Assembly: GCA_963724295.1 (NCBI GenBank)
Contig: CAVRUC010000005.1
Span: 192,001 to 256,000 of the forward strand
Direction: 5' to 3'
Length of the DNA stretch: 64,000 nucleotides
Source of the DNA: an uncultured Chloroflexia bacterium
GTDB lineage: Bacteria > Chloroflexota > Chloroflexia > Thermomicrobiales > UBA6265
This document shows positions 59,179 to 64,000 of the stretch, one piece after another. The position numbers and the translations under genes were made by a program. The notes under the pieces were generated by a model that saw nothing but the letters and a program-made list of their open reading frames with translations, had not been told where the DNA came from and ran no database searches. Each line of letters opens with the position of its first letter. Within the stretch, counting starts at the first letter, position 1.

Positions 59179-60561
59179 ATGCATTCGACGTCACGTTGGC
59201 CGGTAACGATTCTGACCGTGATGCTCGCCATCGTAGTGGCGACCGTTGGCTTTCTGTCCCAGGTCGACCCCATCACGGCCCGCCAGGACGCCGCGGTCGA
59301 GATCTCGGTCGTCGACTTTGCCTTCGAGCCCGGCACGGTGTCGGTTCCTGCTGGTGCGACCGTGACCTGGACCAATACCGGAAGTCGGCCACACACCGTC
59401 ACCGCCGACGACGGGTCCTTCGATTCCGGCCGCCTCGACCCGGGTGAGCAATTCAGTCAGACGTTCGACCAGCCCGGAACGTTCACCTACCACTGCGGGT
59501 TCCACCCCGAGATGCAGGGCTCGATCGTCGTCGCCGAACAGCAAGAGCAGACCGCCCCAAGCGACGACGCCACGCCAACCGCTGATGAGCCCGCGAGCAG
59601 TGAATCGGCAGCCGTCTCCGACACGGCGGGACCGGTAGGTAATCTCGAGCCGGTCGAGCCGTCACGCCTGGCCCACATCCATGCCGGCACCTGCGAGGAG
59701 CTGGGTATCGTCGTCTACTCCTTCCCCGACCTCGAGACCTATCGTCTCGATGAAGGAGAGGACGCCGGTGTCGGAGCGATCGAGCTGATCACCGGGACGA
59801 CCCAAACGCCGCTGAGCGGGTTGTTCGGCGAGCCGTTCTCAGTCCACGTCCATGAGAGCGCCCAGAACAAGCAGACCTACGTCGCCTGCTCGGATATCGG
59901 CGGTAGACCTGGCGATCCCTGGACGGAGAGTGATGGTCTGACGCTGCGGGCGGTGGAGCAGAATGGGTCCGGCTACAGTGGGTTCACCACCCTCCGTCCG
60001 ACCGCCGACGGCGGCACCCAGGTGTCGATGGTCATCGCGGCGTCATCGGCAGCCACCGAGTCAGCGGCGGCCCAGCCCGAGCCACCACCCAGCACGACCT
60101 ACACCAGTCCGACTTACGGCTATACGATCGGGTACGGGCAGATGTGGGAAGAGTCGGAGAACCTTTCCGCCGGCGACCGCGATCGCCTGGTGCTGTTCAA
60201 CGGCACCAGTTACATCACCTTCACCGGCGCGCGCGAGTTCGGTGGTGATCCTCAGGCATGCGTCGATGACTTTGTCGCCGAGCTCACCGCCGATCCGAAC
60301 GTGAGCAATCTGGGGCTGGCCACCGACGAAGAGGGCAACCCCCTGGAGGGCAGCACGGCGGCGACCGGAGCGTTCGCCGTATACAGTCACGACTACACCT
60401 TCCCGGATCGGGTCGAGCCCTACACGCTCTTCGTTCGTTGCGTGCCACTGATCCCCAACGAGGCAGTCCTTGCCATCGTCCAGAACGTACCGACGGAGGA
60501 CTACAACGACCAGGTCGAGCTCCGGGAGGCGCTGCTGCGCGGATTGACTCTTGCCCAGTGA
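59179..60561 (+). CDS. Secreted multidomain cupredoxin (plastocyanin-like) protein
   Basis: Signal peptide; FAFEP, PHTVT, YHCGFHPEM type-1 Cu ligands; AHIHAGTC middle domain. Confidence 0.82.
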   Translation: MHSTSRWPVTILTVMLAIVVATVGFLSQVDPITARQDAAVEISVVDFAFEPGTVSVPAGATVTWTNTGSRPHTVTADDGSFDSGRLDPGEQFSQTFDQPGTFTYHCGFHPEMQGSIVVAEQQEQTAPSDDATPTADEPASSESAAVSDTAGPVGNLEPVEPSRLAHIHAGTCEELGIVVYSFPDLETYRLDEGEDAGVGAIELITGTTQTPLSGLFGEPFSVHVHESAQNKQTYVACSDIGGRPGDPWTESDGLTLRAVEQNGSGYSGFTTLRPTADGGTQVSMVIAASSAATESAAAQPEPPPSTTYTSPTYGYTIGYGQMWEESENLSAGDRDRLVLFNGTSYITFTGAREFGGDPQACVDDFVAELTADPNVSNLGLATDEEGNPLEGSTAATGAFAVYSHDYTFPDRVEPYTLFVRCVPLIPNEAVLAIVQNVPTEDYNDQVELREALLRGLTLAQ

Positions 60562-60671
60562 ACGAGGTTGAACGAAGGGTGATCGGGTGATTACTCGCTC
60601 CGCTCGTGGTGGCAGGGTGGCTGGGTGGCGTTCCCCCTGTCACCCAGCCACCCTGTGACCCCGCCACCCAG

Positions 60672-61583
60672 GTGCCCCATCCCCTGCGGTTCCACGTGCT
60701 GCTCCTGCCGGACGTTGGCTGGGCGGAGTTGAAGTCCCGCGTCCTCAGGTTGGAGGAGCTTGGAGTCGAGGTCGCGGCGCTCGCGGACCACGTTGTCGAC
60801 TGGATTCACCCCACCGTGCCCTGGTTGGAGACGTGGACCGCGCTGCCGGCGCTGGCGGAGGCGACTCGCACCATCCGGCTCTCGACGGTCGTCACCCAGA
60901 TCCCACTGCGCAACCCGGCCATGCTGGCTCGCCAGGTCTCCACCCTCGATCACATCTCGAACGGTCGGATCGAGCTCGGTCTGGGCACGGGGCTCACGAT
61001 CGATCCGTCGAGCACCATGATCGGCGTGCCGAACTGGGAGCCCAGGGAGCGTGTCGACCGCTTCGGCGAGTACATCGAGCTTATCAGCCAGTTGCTTACT
61101 GAGGAGGTCACCACTTTCCAGGGGCGTTTTTACCAGGTCGAGGGCGCGGCCCGGCACGCTACGATCCAGTCGCCGCGCCCACCGATCCTGGTCGCCGCCC
61201 TTGGCCGGCGTATGATGCGCCACGCCGCCCGCTACGCCGATTTTTGGAACAGCCTGTCGTTCCTGCCCACCTTCGACGAACAGCTCGCTGAGACCCGGAC
61301 CCGCTGTGAGACGATCGACGGCGCGTGCGAAGCGATCGGTCGCGATCCTTCAACGCTGCGCCGGTCCTACACCATGTTCGACGCCCAGTCCCGATCTAGG
61401 GGCGGCGCGATCGGCTACTACGAATCCAGGGAGCTTCTCATCGATCAGGTCAGCCGCCTGGCTGAGCTGGGGATCAGCGACGTCGGTCTCTACTACCCCT
61501 TCGATCCGGCACAGCTCGCCGCGTTCGAGGCAATCGCTACCGAAGTGCTACCCGGTCTCCGCTCGGTCGGCCCATCGCTCTGA
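60672..61583 (+). CDS. LLM class flavin-dependent oxidoreductase
   Basis: LADH, RNPAMLARQVSTLDHISNGRIELGLGTG, IQSPRPPILVA. Confidence 0.88.
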   Translation: MPHPLRFHVLLLPDVGWAELKSRVLRLEELGVEVAALADHVVDWIHPTVPWLETWTALPALAEATRTIRLSTVVTQIPLRNPAMLARQVSTLDHISNGRIELGLGTGLTIDPSSTMIGVPNWEPRERVDRFGEYIELISQLLTEEVTTFQGRFYQVEGAARHATIQSPRPPILVAALGRRMMRHAARYADFWNSLSFLPTFDEQLAETRTRCETIDGACEAIGRDPSTLRRSYTMFDAQSRSRGGAIGYYESRELLIDQVSRLAELGISDVGLYYPFDPAQLAAFEAIATEVLPGLRSVGPSL

Positions 61584-61715
61584 CGGCTCCGATTACTGTA
61601 ACCTTGTGCGAGACACACAATTCGCAGCCCAGCACGAGGGGCAACCGAGGGCTACACAGGGTCGGGGCGCTCGGATATCGTGCTCTCCTGACCCGCGGTC
61701 TACTGAAGGAGCATC

Positions 61716-62093
61716 ATGCCGAATCCACCGAACTTCGCCAAGAAAAACCTCTCGCACGTCAATCTGGCCACCGCCAATCTGGCGGGCGTCGATCTCCACG
61801 CGGCCAACTTGCGCGACGCTACGCTCAAAGAAGCGAATCTGGAAGGAGCGGATCTGACCGACGCGGATTTGTCCCATGCCAATCTGGCCGGGGCCAGCTT
61901 GCGCAATGCGTGCGCGTCGCATGCCAACATGGCGGATGCCGACCTGCGCGATGTTGACCTCGAGGGTACGAACCTTCGGGGAACTCGCCTTGCGGGAGCT
62001 AAGTTAGGTGATGCGCAACGAGCGGCCGCCACGGCAGCGGGAGCCGACTTCGCCGATGCCGCCGGCGACGGAGAGTCAGCCGGCGGCCACTAG
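61716..62093 (+). CDS. Pentapeptide repeat protein
   Basis: Tandem A(N/D)Lxx repeats; AGGAG RBS. Confidence 0.92.
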   Translation: MPNPPNFAKKNLSHVNLATANLAGVDLHAANLRDATLKEANLEGADLTDADLSHANLAGASLRNACASHANMADADLRDVDLEGTNLRGTRLAGAKLGDAQRAAATAAGADFADAAGDGESAGGH

Positions 62094-62180
62094 AGCGGCT
62101 CCGGCGTTGGATCGCATCCATGGCGACGCGCAGTTTCGTAGGGTCACGTTTCCATCAGAACTGACGAGATTCCTCGTGCG

Positions 62181-62266
62181 CTGCTATGAAAAACTCGCCG
62201 AAAAACCCGAACGGACGCGGAACGGGTTTTCATGCCGTGGTGATGCCCCACCGGGGCATGACTACT
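62181..62266. mobile_element. Miniature CT-flanked inserted element, copy 2
   Basis: Identical to 20433-20518; sits in a REP right arm GAGATTCCTCGTGCG|CT...CT|CGAAATGACAC. Confidence 0.55.
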
Positions 62267-62422
62267 CGAAATGACACCGGTTTCGTATGGAGAGCTGGCG
62301 ATGGCGAGAGATGTTGCCACGACTCCAGCATCACTGCGGGTACTCGCGTATATGAAGCGCCCTGACCCCCGTGAAGAGGGCCAGGACGCTGACAGTTGCC
62401 TATCCCAAGGCGTCGCAGAGGC

Positions 62423-63211
62423 CTACTGACGGCCTGACGACCTCCCTTCGGTGTCGTCGATGAGGGAGGCATCCTCGTCGACGTAGACCTCCTCGCGGCG
62501 CACCGTATCGCTCACCCGCTCGGTGCGCTGCGTCGCTTCCTTGCTAACGACGATCTCCTCCGCCACCCGCGCTTGCTTCTGCAGCTCGACCTGCTCGCGC
62601 GTCAGCGGCACCTCGATGACGATCTCCTCGAAGGCCTGCGTCTCGGCGCCAACCGGACGATCGACGATGCGCCGCTCCACCCGGATCTGCTCGTCGGTGA
62701 CGGGAACCTCGAGAACACGATTCTCCTCGACGACCCGCTTCTCGATGCGCACCGCGCCGGCTTCCGCAGGACGGACGGTGGCGGTGAGCTCTTCCTCTAT
62801 AACCGGGATGCGAATCTCGTTGTCATCAGCCACCTGGGCGGTTGTCGCAAGGCGATCAGCAGAGCCGCCGCGGTCGGTCACGCCGCGATCGAAGATGATC
62901 TGATCGGCTGCACTGACATCACTGCCGGTGAAGACGGTCCCACTATCCGTCATGCCCGTGGGCACCACCTCAGGCACCGTATCCCAGCCGCTATTCAGTG
63001 CCGCGTCCCTGGCGACATTCAGCGTGATCTGGCCGCCCCCGGCACTGTCGATGGCACTTGTGGGAATGTAGTAGTCGGTCGGAAAGAAGAAACCCTTCTC
63101 CACGACGATGTACCCTGACTGCACCTCGGCGACGGTGCCGACCTTGTCGCCATCGCTGCCGTAGACCTCGTCACCAACACCGATCTGGCTGGCGTCACTC
63201 GAACTGCTCAT
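62423..63211 (-). CDS. PRC-barrel plus YsnF/AvaK (DUF2382) domain protein
   Basis: VYGSDGDKVGTV, VEKGFFFPTDYYIP; IPVIEEEL, VRIEKRVV, EEIVVSK, DTVRREEV. Confidence 0.88.
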   Translation of the reverse strand: MSSSSDASQIGVGDEVYGSDGDKVGTVAEVQSGYIVVEKGFFFPTDYYIPTSAIDSAGGGQITLNVARDAALNSGWDTVPEVVPTGMTDSGTVFTGSDVSAADQIIFDRGVTDRGGSADRLATTAQVADDNEIRIPVIEEELTATVRPAEAGAVRIEKRVVEENRVLEVPVTDEQIRVERRIVDRPVGAETQAFEEIVIEVPLTREQVELQKQARVAEEIVVSKEATQRTERVSDTVRREEVYVDEDASLIDDTEGRSSGRQ

Positions 63212-64000
63212 GGTGCGGTTCCTTCCTTACGTGCAGACCCGGATTTCGCACGCCATCATGCGGTGAGCTCGTGCCCGGGGTCGGGATGGTGATTGCAGAA
63301 GCTGTGCCATGACGCCAAGAGCCACTGGTCAACGGGCGACGGAATGGTCCGGGTTTACTGATGGACCGGATCGGCTTCTATGATGGTGACCGGAGCGATA
63401 CCTGAGGTGCGGCAGGTCGTCTGGATCACGGTGTCGGCCTGGGTTCGATGAATGAGCACGGCCAGTGCTGCTACCCGCCGTTGTCCTGCAGTCAGGAGCG
63501 TCGCTAGCGAGGCCCACCCTGCATTTGTCCTGTCGTCATTACCCACTTCATTCATGCTCTCGATGAGCGGCACCTTCGCACGCACGGCCGTCTCAATCAC
63601 GAAAACCGCCGCTAGCATCCGCGCTCCCGTGTCGTCCGTTAGGGAGGGGAGCGGCAGATGGTGCGGCGGACCTGGTAGCTGCGACCTTTGCTGGACCAAG
63701 GCATTGCGATCACGAATTGGTCAGGGAATTGTTGGCCCGGAGCGGAATCGGCTACGTTTCGTCTCGTATGTCGAGGTATGCCTGAACGCGGTGAGACGAA
63801 GTCAGCGCTGAACCTCATGGTCAGCAATGCCGCGCTCGCCTGGCTCCTCGACGCCGAGGTAGAAGGGCAGGGCATGCCGCAGTGATGCCGTCAATCGAGG
63901 GTCACCTCGTGTCGCGTACGGCCGCACCATGAAGCGCGCCCTGGCAGTCGTCATTGACCACCAGAGCGCGGAGATGCGAGAGATAGTGGGAACGTCCTAG

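Noticed and set aside
63300..64000. Short ORFs at the right edge (63355-63699 minus, 63688-63885 plus)
   Set aside because: No recognisable motifs or convincing RBS; a gene call cannot be supported

Overview
High-GC bacterial chromosomal segment, most consistent with Chloroflexota (Thermomicrobiales-like, inferred from LysW genes, a T-box, a class F sortase and 'AQDATP' secreted-protein motifs). It holds a nitrogen-assimilation block (etfB fragment, PucR regulator, atypical glutamine synthetase-like gene, gltB without gltD) and a 12-kb arginine/lysine cluster: argG, an Arg(CGC) T-box that appears to act by RBS sequestration, two tandem argF paralogues, lysW (missed by the ORF track), a degenerate LysX-like protein, lysK, an ArgX-signature ligase, a LysX-signature ligase, a methyltransferase, lysY, lysZ and lysJ. 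This looks like a bacterial dual Arg/Lys LysW-carrier pathway. The rest is mostly housekeeping or accessory: fumC, proS, pduO-type, NYN, ROK, three LLM oxidoreductases, an ABC-2 exporter, twin signal-less HtrA proteases with an atypical LuxR regulator, AlaX, LysM-C39 peptidase, NfeD/SPFH, an ECF41 sigma with its promoter, enolase/DHDPS pair, sortase F, thrC/thrB, phosphoesterase, cupredoxin, pentapeptide and YsnF proteins. Several REP-like palindromes are present. Two carry an identical 82-bp structured insert flanked by CT dinucleotides, a candidate non-autonomous IS110-type element. No rRNA, tRNA, CRISPR array or transposase was seen. All calls come from reading motifs by eye, with no database searches.
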